From Blepharisma stoltei ATCC 30299 (Eukaryota > Protista > Ciliophora), in contig CBFDEM010000044.1 in assembly GCA_965603825.1 (NCBI GenBank), positions 620,001 through 684,000 on the forward strand: a stretch of 64,000 nt of DNA, written 5' to 3'. The notes below the pieces were generated by a model. The model saw only the letters and a program-made list of their open reading frames with translations. It made no database searches and had not been told where the DNA came from. Positions 1 to 12,519 of the stretch are shown piece by piece. The stretch's first letter is position 1; each line of letters begins with the position of its first letter. Both the position numbers and the translations under genes were made by a program.

Positions 1-1025
1 GACTCTCTGAATCTCTTATAAGCTTGATGGTTAGAGTATTTGAAGACAATTAGCCTTTTTTCAAGCTTTTTTTGCTCTTTTTTCTTCTGATCTGGGGGCA
101 GGTGATCGAAATCTTTAGGCTTGTTATAATTTACACAACCAAAATGAAACTCTACAAATTTATCCCATTGACTCATAAGCCAATTTGTCCAATTATAAAT
201 TGTGGCTGGGAAAATTTTCCAGTCAAGCCTGCTCAGAATAATTTTTTCCATCATCTTAATAGCAGGTAATGAATATCCATTATCAGCAGATTTAGCCCAC
301 TCAGAGATTTTGGGAGCATAAACTTCTTCAGTTTTGGCAGCAATATACATAGCAGCTAAGCCAATTAATTGGAATTCATCTTTTTTTATTCCTTTTTGGA
401 TAGATAAAAATCTATCTACATACGTAATCGACAGATGAAAAGTTTCACGTTTTAACGTAAATTCAGAGCTTACTTCCATCATTCAGTCGTATAGAATTGC
501 ACGCATAGTCGCCGTTATATTGTTAGCTTGAATTGACTGTAAAGCGAAAGGATTAGGCATATATTCATACTCTTTTTCAATCATAGACTTAATATAGTCT
601 TTATTTTCTGGTTTTCAATGGGAATGTGGAGCTTTTGAAATTTCTTCAATTCCTGATGTCTCAAATTCTGGCGGTGGAGCTTGAACACCATGAAATTCTT
701 GAATAAATGAATTAGACCCTTTAGGAGTTAAGATCTGCTCGTTATCAAAAATTATCTCGCCACTTGAGGTTGGCTTACAAGGATAAGAAATAATTTCTAA
801 AATTTCGTTGCATTCAAAGTCAATAGGAGAGCCACATTCGATTTCAAATTTTGTGGAAAAATTAACGCTTTTATGCCTTTCTCTTAAATGTCTTGATTTT
901 AAAGAGTTTTTTATGTTTTGCTGATAAGTGGAAACCACATTATTTTCCTTTGGAATTGAAATAGTTTCTAAAGTTGATTTTCTGGAATGGTTAGGTCTTT
1001 TACTTCTCGTTTGTATTTTTTGCAT
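1..1025 (-). CDS. Cyclin (A/E-like cyclin box), runs off the window start
   Basis: Track ORF 615..1025 continues through TGA at 617-615 and 485-483 to give MRAILYD[TGA=W]MMEVSSEFTLKRETFHLSITYVDRFL...FQLIGLAAMYIAAKTEEVYAP, the canonical cyclin box. Start codon uncertain. Confidence 0.9.
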
Positions 1026-1233
1026 TTCTATTTCAAATTTATGGCTTATTTTCTTTGCTTCAGCTTTAGGTGAGGTAATGTGCGAGTCCTGCGTATTATT
1101 TCCATAATTTAAATTATGAAATGATATGAAATTAACCTGAGTTTTTTATAGGGAAGTATTTAAATGGAATTTTATGAAATTGCTATCATATGCTTGCTAT
1201 AAAAAAATTTTAAAACATACTTAATTAATAATT

Positions 1234-4200
1234 TTATTTTTCTTCATGAAGTGGGTCGTAGTTTTTAGGTTCATTTTTAGCTTCAAGTTCTGTTGAAGCT
1301 ATATTTCTAATATCAGCCATTTCAATTTCAAGCTTACGTTGTGATCTTTTATATTTTTTGTAAAAAATAAATGCAGAAACAAAAGAAAATGTAAAAATAA
1401 TTATAACACCCCAAATCAAAACTTTCCCAATCCAGCTTTGTGTCCAAGCCGCTTCATGTGACACACTTATAGGATTATAAGCAATTGTATTCATAGATCA
1501 GTTATTATACCATTCGCTTGATTCTGAAGCAGGCAGTATGGCTAAAATATTAATAACGCCATTATAATCTTCTAAGTCAATCATATAATAAGTCTTTCCA
1601 TTTTCAGTGTTTCCTATATTTTCACCGTTATCATAGCGGCAAGGGTAGTAAGTTCCACAATATGTAGACTTTTCTTCATGATCATCAGGAGTAAAGAAAA
1701 TTTTATAGTAAATTTCATTGAGATTTTTTAATTTTTCACCATTTTCATACATAGGAGCTTCCCATGTTAAATTTAATTTATTGCCTATTTTGTGAGCTGA
1801 AATAATACCATCATTACCAGGAACTATATTGACTTCTTTTGGCTGGCCAGGTTTTCTTAATCTTGCATAAATTTGGTAGCTTGCTGCTTCTGTTGTAGTA
1901 GTGCTGTTTAGCTGAGATACAGTGATATAATATTTACCTATAGCGTTATTGATAATTCCAGTAATTTTTCCATCAGTTATTCTTGCTATTTCTATATCAG
2001 GCTCACTCTGGCTAAGTACTGTCCAATTAGATGAAATTTCAAGTTTAACTGAACCCTCACAAGGCTTTACAAAAATTTCAAGTTTTCCTTTAAGATTAAC
2101 AATAATTTCATACCTATGAGATTTGATGTCGTTCCAAAACGATCCTAAAACAGCATCTCCTTCCTTTAGTACTAAATATTCCATAGATGAAGAGCAAACT
2201 AGTTCAAATTCCCCTAGATCACTTGCAGATTTATTTTGATTCGAAATACCATAAACTGCTAAATTAACTTTTGCATTTAATAAATTTGGATAAAAATAAA
2301 AATCAAGAGAATTAGTCATCCAATAATAATTTGAAGAATCATAAGATTGATCATATTTTTTTTCTGATGGAAAATCAGAAGGGGAAGCATTGGAATTTCC
2401 TTCAATATAAGCATATACGGTTGGCTGAAAATCTGGAGTGTAGGATCTTAAATTACAGAGAACGGGTCTAGGAAGCCCACCAGTATCTCTATACGTGAAA
2501 TATAATTTATCTTGGGAATTATATTCAAGACTATATGTCTGAGGCCACCCGTCTATTAGATTAATATAGCTGTTTCTCATAGTCGCTATAATCGAATATG
2601 AAATGTCCTCTTCTCCATAAATAGCTATATAATACAACCCAATTTTCAAATTAGGGTCATTTTCTCTTATATGAATATGCTTTATTTGCGAATCTTCATT
2701 AGAAGTCCACAAGTAACTGTTTTTGTCTACATTTTCATCAGTATTTATATAAAGATTCCCTTTTCCACTAAATAAAGTAAAGGAAATATCAATATCAGCT
2801 TTACTGATCACTTGAAAATATAAGAACTGATATTCAAGCGAACTTATCCATGAATTAAATTGTACACCATTCTGGAGGAGAATTAATGACGAGGTTGTAG
2901 TGGCAATAATGCTATAGGAACAATTGGAATTATTTGATGCAACACTTATGACTAATGTGCAAAACTTACATAATCCAGGGTCATTTTCAGATATTTTTAT
3001 TGAGTATCTGTTATTACTTGATATGCTTGACCATACATAACTTGAACTTGAAGGGAGTTTACTATATAAACTATCATCTCTTGACTCAGGATTTACATAC
3101 AAAATTGGATTTCCTGTGGTAGGCGTTATTTGAATTGTTATATTATTTTTGGAAAAATTCTCGAAATAATAATAATTAGCACTATTTTGAAGTAAAAACC
3201 CATAATTTGGCTTCCCTTCAGCCAATCTTGTAACTCCATGAAAGTTGCTACTTGCTGTTAAGCTAAAAGAAGACAATGACAGCCCATAAACTCCGACAGT
3301 ATAATACCCTTTCATAGTCACATTTTTCTCTTTAAAATATTTATCGTCAGCTGAAATCACCACTGTGTCCCCTCCCCATCCGTTGGAATTTCATATTGAG
3401 TTTTCCAAGCTAGGCCTTTTTTCTTTCCCTTTATTAATATATAAATCCAGATCCTCATTGCTAAGATCAGTTAATGTAAAAATCAAATTTGCATCATCTT
3501 TATCACAATAATAAGAAAAATAAGCAAATTGATCACTATAAATGAAGCTATATTTTGGCTCACCTTCTAGAAGGGTGTAAATCAAATTTTGATTGGCTTC
3601 TATTGTATATTGGCAATATTCTAAATCGTAACACCGCACACCAATCAATGCTATACAATTTCCACTCGGACAATGTGAAGGTAATTGAGCTTCATTCATT
3701 CTGATCTCGTTGAGGAATGGAGTGCTGCTTCATGATGAATATTGATTAGGAAAAGATGGAAAAGTCATCCAGAATGAGACGTTAGATACAGCTAAAGTGT
3801 CGGCATCTGTTAAATTTATATTAAAAGAGATAGATCCTTTTGAGGACTGGGTGCTTATTAATAATGGCATTGACGTTGATAATGAATAATAGTAACAGCT
3901 GTATTTAAAACTATTCAAATAGCCAATTTCTGGAATATTTGATACCAGATATTTAGGCATATTCTGTTTTGAGCTAGCTCTGATTGTATAAGTGCTATCT
4001 AACGCTCCAGAAACTCCAATATAAATTAAGCAGACTGCGCTGGTTTCTCCACAAAGTCACTTTACATTATCATAATAAAAAGAAATTGCATCACTTCCAA
4101 AATACCTTGAAGCTTCTATAATATTTTCATGATTAGATTTTGCATAGATCATCAAATCTGGATCTCCAGTAAGTGCTGTGACCGAAATAGTGATTTCTGG

Positions 4201-6393
4201 GTGATCCTCATGAATTTGATACACATAAAAATTTTCTGCTTGCTGAGTCACTGCATCAGTAAAAGGTATGTCATCAGAAAGAATTATGCCATCATCTCCA
4301 AATGATACAACTATAGAATAATCCGAAGAATTATCATAGGAAAATTCGTCTCCACGTACGTATACACCATATGTAGTATCGCACTTATATAATATGTCTG
4401 ATGGAGAAATAGTTATGGTACTGAATGGTAAAGTTCCATTGTAATAGATTACACCATCTGGGGAAATAAGCGAGCCAAGGTTTATTTCTAATCTGGTTCC
4501 AACGTATATTGTAAATTTTCCTGTAATAGGTATTAAAGATATCTTAATGGCTTTTTTGTCGTCCTTTGGAAAGTGGACTGGGAAATAGTAAAGTCTGTAT
4601 CTGACATCGGTAGTGTTATAAAGGGTATCTCGTTGAGGATGGCCTGGGTACAGCAATATTTTTGTATTTTCATCAGGAGTGCTTTCTTTGGCTACAATAG
4701 AAAAAAATGAGGAAAGAGGGGAGTAAACTGAAATATGGTATTCCCCAACTAGTGAATCTTCTGTAAGCCCTTTCACATATTTTATTGATTCTATCATCGT
4801 TCCATAATTTCCTGAATATTTTTCATAATTGTTGATACTTGGCTTAGAAATTTTTGAGGAAAAAAGATTAGGGTCGCCTGTAATAGGGGTTAATATGAAC
4901 TCAACTTGTATAGTAGTCGCATTAAATACGCTATATTTGAAATATTTGTATTCATTTCCTAAGGTGCTCATAAATAATGGTCTCCCTTCTTGCAAAAACT
5001 GCTCTTTAGTGCTATCTAAGGTAGCTAAAATTGTATAGTCACTTTTTAAGCTCGAATTTCCTTTTACACCTATAATATATCTGCAAGGGTTATTTGCACT
5101 GCAAAATCCTGACTGGTGATTTATAAAAATATAATCATTCCCAATTTGATTTTTCGAGGAAAAAATTGATGGGCTATTTAGTTCTTCTTGAGAAAATTGG
5201 CAGAGTTTTATGCTCGAGGATAAGCATAATTTTGCATATAAGTCAGGGTTTCCAGATAATGCTGTAAGATAGATAGAAATATTATAGCTAAAATTAGAAA
5301 CCAAATCGATATGATGGAGCGAAATAGCGTCAGGATCAGCATAGCAAGTCATTGGAATTCCAGAAAACAGAGAAATCACGCTATCTTGATTAATTGAAGC
5401 TGCAATTCCATACGCAGAAGTAGAAATTCCATATATCCCAATATAGTAATACCCAACTGCTTTATTTATACTTTTTCTTTGCGAACCAGTAATTACCAAA
5501 CTATAATTCCCTGCCCCAGCAGAATAATAATCATAGTCTTTCTTGCTCGGAATCTGCCCAGCTTTTATATAAATTTCCGCTTCCCCTGAAAATTGAGTCA
5601 TCACAACAGAAAGATCCTCATTTTCATCGTCCACATAAATTGAATAATATTTAAAATCACTATGATTTACAATCCCATAACTGGTCGCTGATGCTTTTAA
5701 GCTGATAGTTTCCGTTTGGTTTAAATTTAAAATAATTGAGAACTGAGAATCTTCTAATGCAATTACTGCTGCTTTATAAAGAGTGCTTGGAGAAGGAGAG
5801 GGGTCAATAAAAGTTTCTCCAAAATATCATAATGCACTTGTGGGCAAATTATTACTTGTGGAAGGCTCTTGACCGTTTTTAGAAACGAAAAGTTTGATAT
5901 TTCCTGAGATAAGAGAGATTTCTATAGACAGTTGTGGAGGGATAGCAATCGGAGTTAAAAAGTTGTAAATTTGCTGTTTTCCTTTGGATAAAATCCCTGA
6001 TAAAGGGACTCCTGGAGTTAGCACAATTTCTGATACATGAGACACTGTAAGGGAATATCTGCAGTAAGTGAAGCATGAGGCTTTAATATAATAATCTGTG
6101 TTTTCTGATAGCTCAGATGAGGGGATTACAATAGAGCCAATACCCCAAGTTGCACTTTTCCAATCATAATCATCTAGATTTGGATGGTGGCCTTGAGATA
6201 CTAATAGACTTGGGCTACCTCAGTCAGAAAACGTTGTAAGGGTTAAGGCTAAATCAGTGTCGGCCACACCAGAAACGTGAAATTTGTAAATCTGAGTACC
6301 TCCTATAATTGAACTCTGACTACCATCAACAGTTTCTCCGTCCTGTATAAGTATTTGACCTTTTATAAGTGCTATTAAAAAGAAAAATATCAT
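1234..6393 (-). CDS. 1719-aa type I membrane/surface protein with tandem beta-sandwich repeats
   Basis: Six track ORFs (1234..1494 through 5827..6045) share one frame and are separated only by TGA. N-terminal signal peptide MIFFFLIALIKG; repeated G(D/N)P(D/N)L(Y/F) motifs; FN3-like LNLTWEAP..Y segment; single TM helix (VLIWGVIIIFTFSFVSAFIFY); short tail containing YDPL. Confidence 0.85.
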
Positions 6394-6722
6394 CTATAAA
6401 TGATAGGAAATGATAGAAATATCTGTTTGAATTATAGAATAATCAGTAAAGATGGAAAACCATAAAAAATCATTATTCTTCTTTAATATCAGCATTAGCT
6501 TCAATAAAGCTCTATTAATATTCTTTATTTTACGCTCGTCTAAAGAGGTATAATGAATATTTATTTAAGAGAATACTTGGCTTATACTAAGTCATGCATC
6601 TAGTCTATTCTTTTGAAGTATCTAATACGATTATTTTATTAATTGCCTTGCATTTTGTTTTTAATTTTTATATTAAATTTACATAACAAAATTTCATTTT
6701 TTTCATAATGTTTTAGCCTAAA

Positions 6723-7328
6723 TTATTGATATCTTGCAACTCCCGCTTTCTGTTCCTCATGCACTTGTTGTGCTGGCATGACTGGCTGAGTCAGTGGGAC
6801 TTCTCCAAGCTCTGCTTGCACTTGTATGCCATGCTCTGAAGCAATTTGGCTCAAAAATTCGTCTACTTGGCTTCTTGGAGCACTCGTTACAGTTGCTGTT
6901 TCTAATGACTGATTTATTGTTCCTGATACAACTTCAAAGTTCTCAAATACACTTTCAAACTGATTCATAGTCCTTGCAATGTGCTCTGGATTCATGGATT
7001 TTAAGACAGAATTCATTTGAGGAATGACATGGCCAAATTGCTTGGTCAATTCTTGGGTTCGGCTTGCGGAGCGGATACGTGATTGTACAGCATCTAATTT
7101 TGATGATAATCGCAAATAATTCAAACTCTCATTGTGGAATCTTATAGCGTTTTCCCCATATATCCTGGCATTGTCAATCATCCCTTTTTTAAGACTTGCT
7201 GCAGCTTTTTGCTTTTCTATGTTGCATTGCTGTTCACTTCTCTGTGATTCTTTGGCGAGCTGTTTTGATCCCATTCGGAAGTTGAAGATAGTATCTTCAA
7301 GAGTTTCTTTTGATCCTTTTCCTCCCAT
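6723..7328 (-). CDS. CHMP1: ESCRT-III subunit CHMP1/Did2/Vps46
   Basis: Snf7-family helix pattern with the CHMP1 signature NARIYGENAIR...YLRLSSKLDAVQSRI and VDEFLSQIASEHG. Confidence 0.88.
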   Translation of the reverse strand: MGGKGSKETLEDTIFNFRMGSKQLAKESQRSEQQCNIEKQKAAASLKKGMIDNARIYGENAIRFHNESLNYLRLSSKLDAVQSRIRSASRTQELTKQFGHVIPQMNSVLKSMNPEHIARTMNQFESVFENFEVVSGTINQSLETATVTSAPRSQVDEFLSQIASEHGIQVQAELGEVPLTQPVMPAQQVHEEQKAGVARYQ

Positions 7329-7725
7329 TTATACAACAGCTTTATTATCAGATCATTTTAATTAAAAGACTTGAAATTACATTATTTTTGTAGATTGAAA
7401 AGCTTTGATTAATTATTTATGAGTATTCTCTCGGGCTATTTAAAATAAAACGCATAACAATTATTGGTAAAAATATATAAATATGTGAATATAATAAATT
7501 ATGATATTTAAGCTGCATTAAAAGCAAATATATAAAGGTAAAAATCATTCAAAATTTTATGTTTAGGAATAAAAATTTTTCCTTTTTAAATTTTTTAATT
7601 TTGGTGTGATAAAATTTTCCCTGATAAATTGGCTCTCATGAATTCATCAATGTAAAGATATTGCGTGTTTTGATAAATAATTTAATTTTTCAATGTGAAC
7701 AGAACATATCTCGAGATAATTTTAC

Positions 7726-8190
7726 ATGCAACGCCATAATACCAATAAAATGGGAGCATTACAAGCAAAAGCGTATTGTAATGAAGCGCAAATCCAAATA
7801 AAAATCACAGGACCAGACACAGAAAATAAAGGCCCTCGAAGAATTTCTGACTTTTTTGAGGCCTTAAGCTTAGCACAAATTCCAAATGATATCATTAATG
7901 GTTGTCAATTCAATCATTTAAATGATGGTCTTTCTCTATGTAAAGAGCCAGATGAACTAATGAGTTCTCAAGACTCAAAAAGCAGCCGAAATAGCATGTC
8001 TCTTGAACACACACTAAAAGACTGTTTCGGCAATATGAATTGTATCACAGACTTATGTCCACGATTTTCTTATCAAATTGATAAATTTAGCAATAAATTT
8101 AATAACGGAGAAGGGAATTTTGTGGAAATTTTAGAAGCTGATTTTGAGGCATGTGAAGTCCCTGAAGAATGCAATGAAATGGAATTATAA
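7726..8190 (+). CDS. Hypothetical protein, 154 aa (alternative start at 7750, MGALQ)
   Basis: Open frame ending in TAA with coding-like composition between AT-rich spacers; no recognisable motif. Confidence 0.55.
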   Translation: MQRHNTNKMGALQAKAYCNEAQIQIKITGPDTENKGPRRISDFFEALSLAQIPNDIINGCQFNHLNDGLSLCKEPDELMSSQDSKSSRNSMSLEHTLKDCFGNMNCITDLCPRFSYQIDKFSNKFNNGEGNFVEILEADFEACEVPEECNEMEL

Positions 8191-8526
8191 ATTTGGGACT
8201 GAAGCAGTGTAATTTAAATTTAAAATTAAAATTTATAATGGAATTGAAAGGAATATGGAGAAAAGAATTGCTTGTAAACTGGATTTTATTTCCAATAATT
8301 TTAGGTAAATTAAAAATTGAATCATCTAGAAAAATTAAGTTGATATTAATACGCCAAAAATAACAAAAATAAAAATCATAAAGTTTATTTCATGATTTAT
8401 TTATATAAATTATAAATATTTTTCAAAATAAATGCAAATGATAGTAATTATGCAGCTTTTTTCTTATTTAAATGACACTATTAATCAAATCCCTGTATTT
8501 CCATATAAAAAGTTCCTAAAATTAAT

Positions 8527-10134
8527 ATGGATTCTTCAGAATCTCAAAGTGAATTCATAGCTCTGATAAATGATTTTACTCGTGGTACCATTCAAATTGG
8601 AGAGTTATATTCATACATGAGAGACAAAAGTATAAACCCTTCTCAGCATACAGGAAAAGATGGCTACACAGCACTTCATATATGTGCACTTAACAGCATG
8701 ACCTCATTAGTAAAATTTTTGATTCGATATGTCCATGAATTTTTCCCTGAACAATCAGATAATATAATAAAAACCTGAATAAACCAGCCTTCGACTGAAG
8801 GGTTCACATGTATCCAATTAGCAGCTTTTAGAGGAAACACGGTAAAGCTTATATAGAAATTAGTAAAATTCTTACTGAGGTTCGGTGCAAACACAAAAAC
8901 CCTCACAAGCCAAGGGATGAATGTTATGCATGTAGCAGCTCAAGGCGACCAAATGAATATGTTAGTACTATTTGGAAGCATGGGAATTAATTATAATTTG
9001 AGAGACAAAAAAGGATCGACCCCTTTGCATTTAGCAGCAAATCAAGGATGCGAAGTGGCTCTGTCAGTTTTATTGTCCTGAAGTGCTGAAGTAAATGTAG
9101 CTGATGATGAAGGACAAACTCCTCTTCATTTAGCAACTATATCTGGAAATGCGAGATGCGTTAGGAATTTACTATTAAAAGGTGCAAATCCAAATTTAAA
9201 GAATAAAAAGGGTCAAATACCTATAATGATTGCAAAAGAGCTTAATCATGGGACCATTATTTCTCTTTTAAAAGAGCCAGGGCTACTATCGATTTGTGGA
9301 ATAAGACCACCGCAAAGGCCAGTTAAATATAGAAGAGCCCTTTTATGAATATTTTTTGGACTTTTAGTGTTTGGAGCTGCTGGGAATATTGTATTTATTT
9401 GTAAAAGCAATTATTATATGGTGATTTCTGGGATGGAATTTATATTTCTGTTAATTATTTGAATTAAAAATCCTGGATACCTTAAAAACACTAAAGAAAA
9501 TTCCCTGCTAGCTTTATGCGAAGACTATGAAAATTACCAGATTTGTGTAGAGTGCGTAATTAAAAGGCCTCCAAGATCAAGACACTGTCTTAATTGTGGT
9601 GTTTGCGTAGAAAAATTTGATCACCATTGCCCTTGGATTAACAACTGCATTGGTGCTCGCAATCTTGGGCTTTTTTATTTATTTCTTGTCATGACTTTAA
9701 TTGTTCTCACTTCTAATGCAATTTTAGATATTTACTCTTTTCTTTCTTCAGATTATATATTTATTATAGAAACTCCATTACTTTTTCAACAAGTTGTATC
9801 AATAACTTTATTAGCAATTTCTAGTAGCTTTTTAATACCTGTTTTATTGCTATTTATAGTGCAAACGAGGAATTTCTGGACAAATACAACGACAAATGAG
9901 AGATATTCAAGATCTACAAGAATTGAGCTGACTTTAGACAGACAAGATTCAGATTCTATGGTAAATAGAAGCAGTGTCCTTACGAATTGGAAAGAAATGT
10001 GCTGCAATTCAGATCAAAAATTGTTGGCAGGGGTGGCTTATGAATTAAATGAGCCGATGGATAATGAAATTAGGTTTACATGGGTTGCCAAAGAGCATGA
10101 AAAAGCATTGAAAAAGCCTTTACTCGATAAATAA
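8527..10134 (+). CDS. Ankyrin-repeat DHHC palmitoyltransferase (Akr1/ZDHHC17-like), one 15-nt intron
   Basis: Ankyrin motifs [40 protein letters not shown]; cysteine-rich domain [38 protein letters not shown]; TM helices. Needs TGA=Trp and removal of 8842-8856. Confidence 0.93.
8842..8856 (+). other. 15-nt spliceosomal intron GTAAAGCTTATATAG
   Basis: Contains an in-frame TAG; removal restores the ankyrin repeat AAFRGNT|[11 protein letters not shown]. Confidence 0.88.
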
Positions 10135-10184
10135 TCCTATTAATATAATAATTAAAGTATTTTCTTATTTTATTTTTCCTTTAT

Positions 10185-11060
10185 CTATTCATCAATAGGA
10201 TAAATCCTTGTAACACCTCTTATCAAAACCCTACACACTGGACAATTAGCTAAGTTTATATTGCAGCCTGAACATAAGCACATATGTTTACATGGCTCAA
10301 TAATAGTGTCTCTATTGTTTTCAAAGCAAATTATGCACTTATACCTATCCGGAATTTCCCCGAATTTTTTATTATATCTTTTCCTTTTTCATTCTGTTCA
10401 TTTTTCTCTAGTAATCCTTCATGCATCGGATAACCACGCAGATCATAAAACTAGCGTCACCAAAGTAATAAACCTCAGCTTTTTAAGGATTCTTTTTAAT
10501 ATAATTCCCTTCGTATGTCCTATATAATCAGCAGTAATTATATTTTGGGAAGCTTTTCCTATAACTACAATCGCTGAGTCGCAAGCTATTACTTTTTCTG
10601 TTGTTGTTTTAAAATAATCTGAAGTAGACATTCAAGAGGTTAGAAGTGATAAAAAAGGCTCAGTTTTAGTATATATCGGATTTATATAAATTTTGGTATA
10701 TGACCCAGCCTTGACGTCAATTTGGGATTTTTTATCTAATAATGTAAACAAGCCTCCTGTTATTATAGATTTTTTTTTCAAGCCTTTTTCAACAATTCTT
10801 GAATAAACAATATCTCCATAGGTTTGATCGAATTTTGACTAATTTGAGATTACTTTAAAAGAATTTTTTTGCCTAACAATCCCTGATATACAGACAAGAT
10901 CATTTTTGGATTTTGATGAGCGCTTCTTGAAGTCTTCTATTGTGGTTTCTTTTAAATTAAGCAACTCACGATACTTTGAGAGCTTTACAGCAAATATTGA
11001 GGTAACTACTATAGTGGCAATTCCGGCGATAGCATAAAAAATTTTATCAGAAGTTCTCAT
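10185..11060 (-). CDS. Membrane RING E3 ligase, MUL1/SP1-like layout (TM-loop-TM-C3HC4 RING), one 15-nt intron
   Basis: N-terminal TM, second TM ([14 protein letters not shown]), C-terminal [25 protein letters not shown]...CPVCR, TAG stop at 10187-10185. Continuous with TGA=Trp and intron 10839-10853. Confidence 0.85.
10839..10853 (-). other. 15-nt spliceosomal intron GTAATCTCAAATTAG
   Basis: GT..AG, 15 nt, carries the in-frame TAG that ends track ORF 10839..11060; removal joins the TM part to the RING part. Confidence 0.85.
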
Positions 11061-11281
11061 TTAAGTAAAAGTTATTAATTTCATAAAATTTTTATTCTAT
11101 CATTTTAAAATAAAATTTGCAAAAATTCTAACTATTCTTTATATTTTTATAAAAGGTGCCATGCAAGGATTAAATACAAATTCTCCCCATTTTCTTTAAC
11201 AAATAGGCTGCATGCAAACTAAATGGCGGTTATCTTTTGAATTTATCAAAGGGTTTCAATAAATCAAGCTTTATTTTGCCT

Positions 11282-11453
11282 ACTTAATAGATTAATTACC
11301 ATAAATCTGTAAAAAAAAAATTATTTTTCTTAACACAGTTTTCATTATTTATTCTTCTTTGCTATTGACTTAATAGATTAATTACCATAAATCTGTAAAA
11401 AAAAAATTATTTTTCTTAACACAGTTTTCATTATTTATTCTTCTTTGCTATTG
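11282..11453. repeat. Perfect 86-bp tandem duplication (2 copies)
   Basis: ACTTAATAGATTAATTACC...TTCTTTGCTATTG at 11282-11367 and 11368-11453; covers the stop codon and 3' flank of the RING-H2 gene. Confidence 0.9.
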
Positions 11454-12240
11454 ATGACCCACATAATGGGCACGAATCTTTTTGAATCAGCCATCTATCA
11501 ATGCAGTCTTTATGAAAAGTATGTGATTCATAGCAAGGAAGTACCTTAATTACATCTCCTTCTTGAAACTCAAATGTGCATACTGAACAAACATCATTTT
11601 TATATTGATTTTTAAAATCATCGTTCATAGAAATTTCTTGTAAATTTTCAATATCTTCTATTTCAGCGCCATCCTGCAAGAAGTACAAAAACTCAGGAAA
11701 TCCTCTGATAACTGGCTCATTGTCATCAAATTTCAGAACAATGATTCCAATAATAAGCCTTATTATGAAAATCATCATAACTTTTACGCTCGTAGAATAA
11801 GGGTTTGCTAAGTTTTCGTCACATGTGTTTCCACTCACGATCCTTACTAATCCATATATTAGTAACAGATATGACGATATATTTAAAAGCTCAAAAGTTT
11901 TAAAAATCGAAGATCTGACTAGATTCATCAGCCTTTTTATTGTAAATCTTGTATCATCAACTTTGATGCGTGACGACAAATAGACCAGCTTTAATAAAAG
12001 CTTAACTTTTAGGGGGATGTCACAGAATTTCACCAGGGAAAACAAAACCAGCCAATAAGTTAAATATTTGTCACATAGAAAGCTATTTCCAAAATTGCTG
12101 TAAAGATATTTGAAAGATATAGTGGAAATACAGATACTTGTGATAAAGGAAATTGTAAATTGGTAGTAGAGATATTTTAAACCTTTGGAAGGGTTTAGAA
12201 ATTTCCAGTCAAGGGGGTGACTATTTGTTGTAGTCGGCAT
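11431..12240 (-). CDS. Multi-pass membrane RING-H2 E3 ubiquitin ligase
   Basis: About four hydrophobic helices, then CSVCTFEFQEGDVIKVLPCYESHTFHKDCIDRWLIQKDSCPLC. Confidence 0.88.
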   Translation of the reverse strand: MPTTTNSHPLDWKFLNPSKGLKYLYYQFTISFITSICISTISFKYLYSNFGNSFLCDKYLTYWLVLFSLVKFCDIPLKVKLLLKLVYLSSRIKVDDTRFTIKRLMNLVRSSIFKTFELLNISSYLLLIYGLVRIVSGNTCDENLANPYSTSVKVMMIFIIRLIIGIIVLKFDDNEPVIRGFPEFLYFLQDGAEIEDIENLQEISMNDDFKNQYKNDVCSVCTFEFQEGDVIKVLPCYESHTFHKDCIDRWLIQKDSCPLCGSSIAKKNK

Positions 12241-12519
12241 TATTGATAATTATTGTAAATGACGTTTAGAATTATAAAAAGAGAGTAATTGCAGGCTATT
12301 ATATCTAGCCTTATTTAATAGGTAAAATTTAAAGCAATTAACGTCTTTTTGGGAAAAATTATTCCTATTTAGCAATTTTCTATTTAGATGTCTAAAAGCA
12401 AGCTTATGGAGAATTTTAAGCTTAATTTTTATTGAAGCGGATTTATTATTTTAAAAATCTTGCTGCTGATTAATTTTTTTATCCTAAAGACAAATTAATT
12501 TTATTATATATTTTTGTAA

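Noticed and set aside
615-6045. Many short track ORFs treated as separate genes or pseudogenes
   Set aside because: They are in-frame pieces of longer genes split at TGA=Trp codons.
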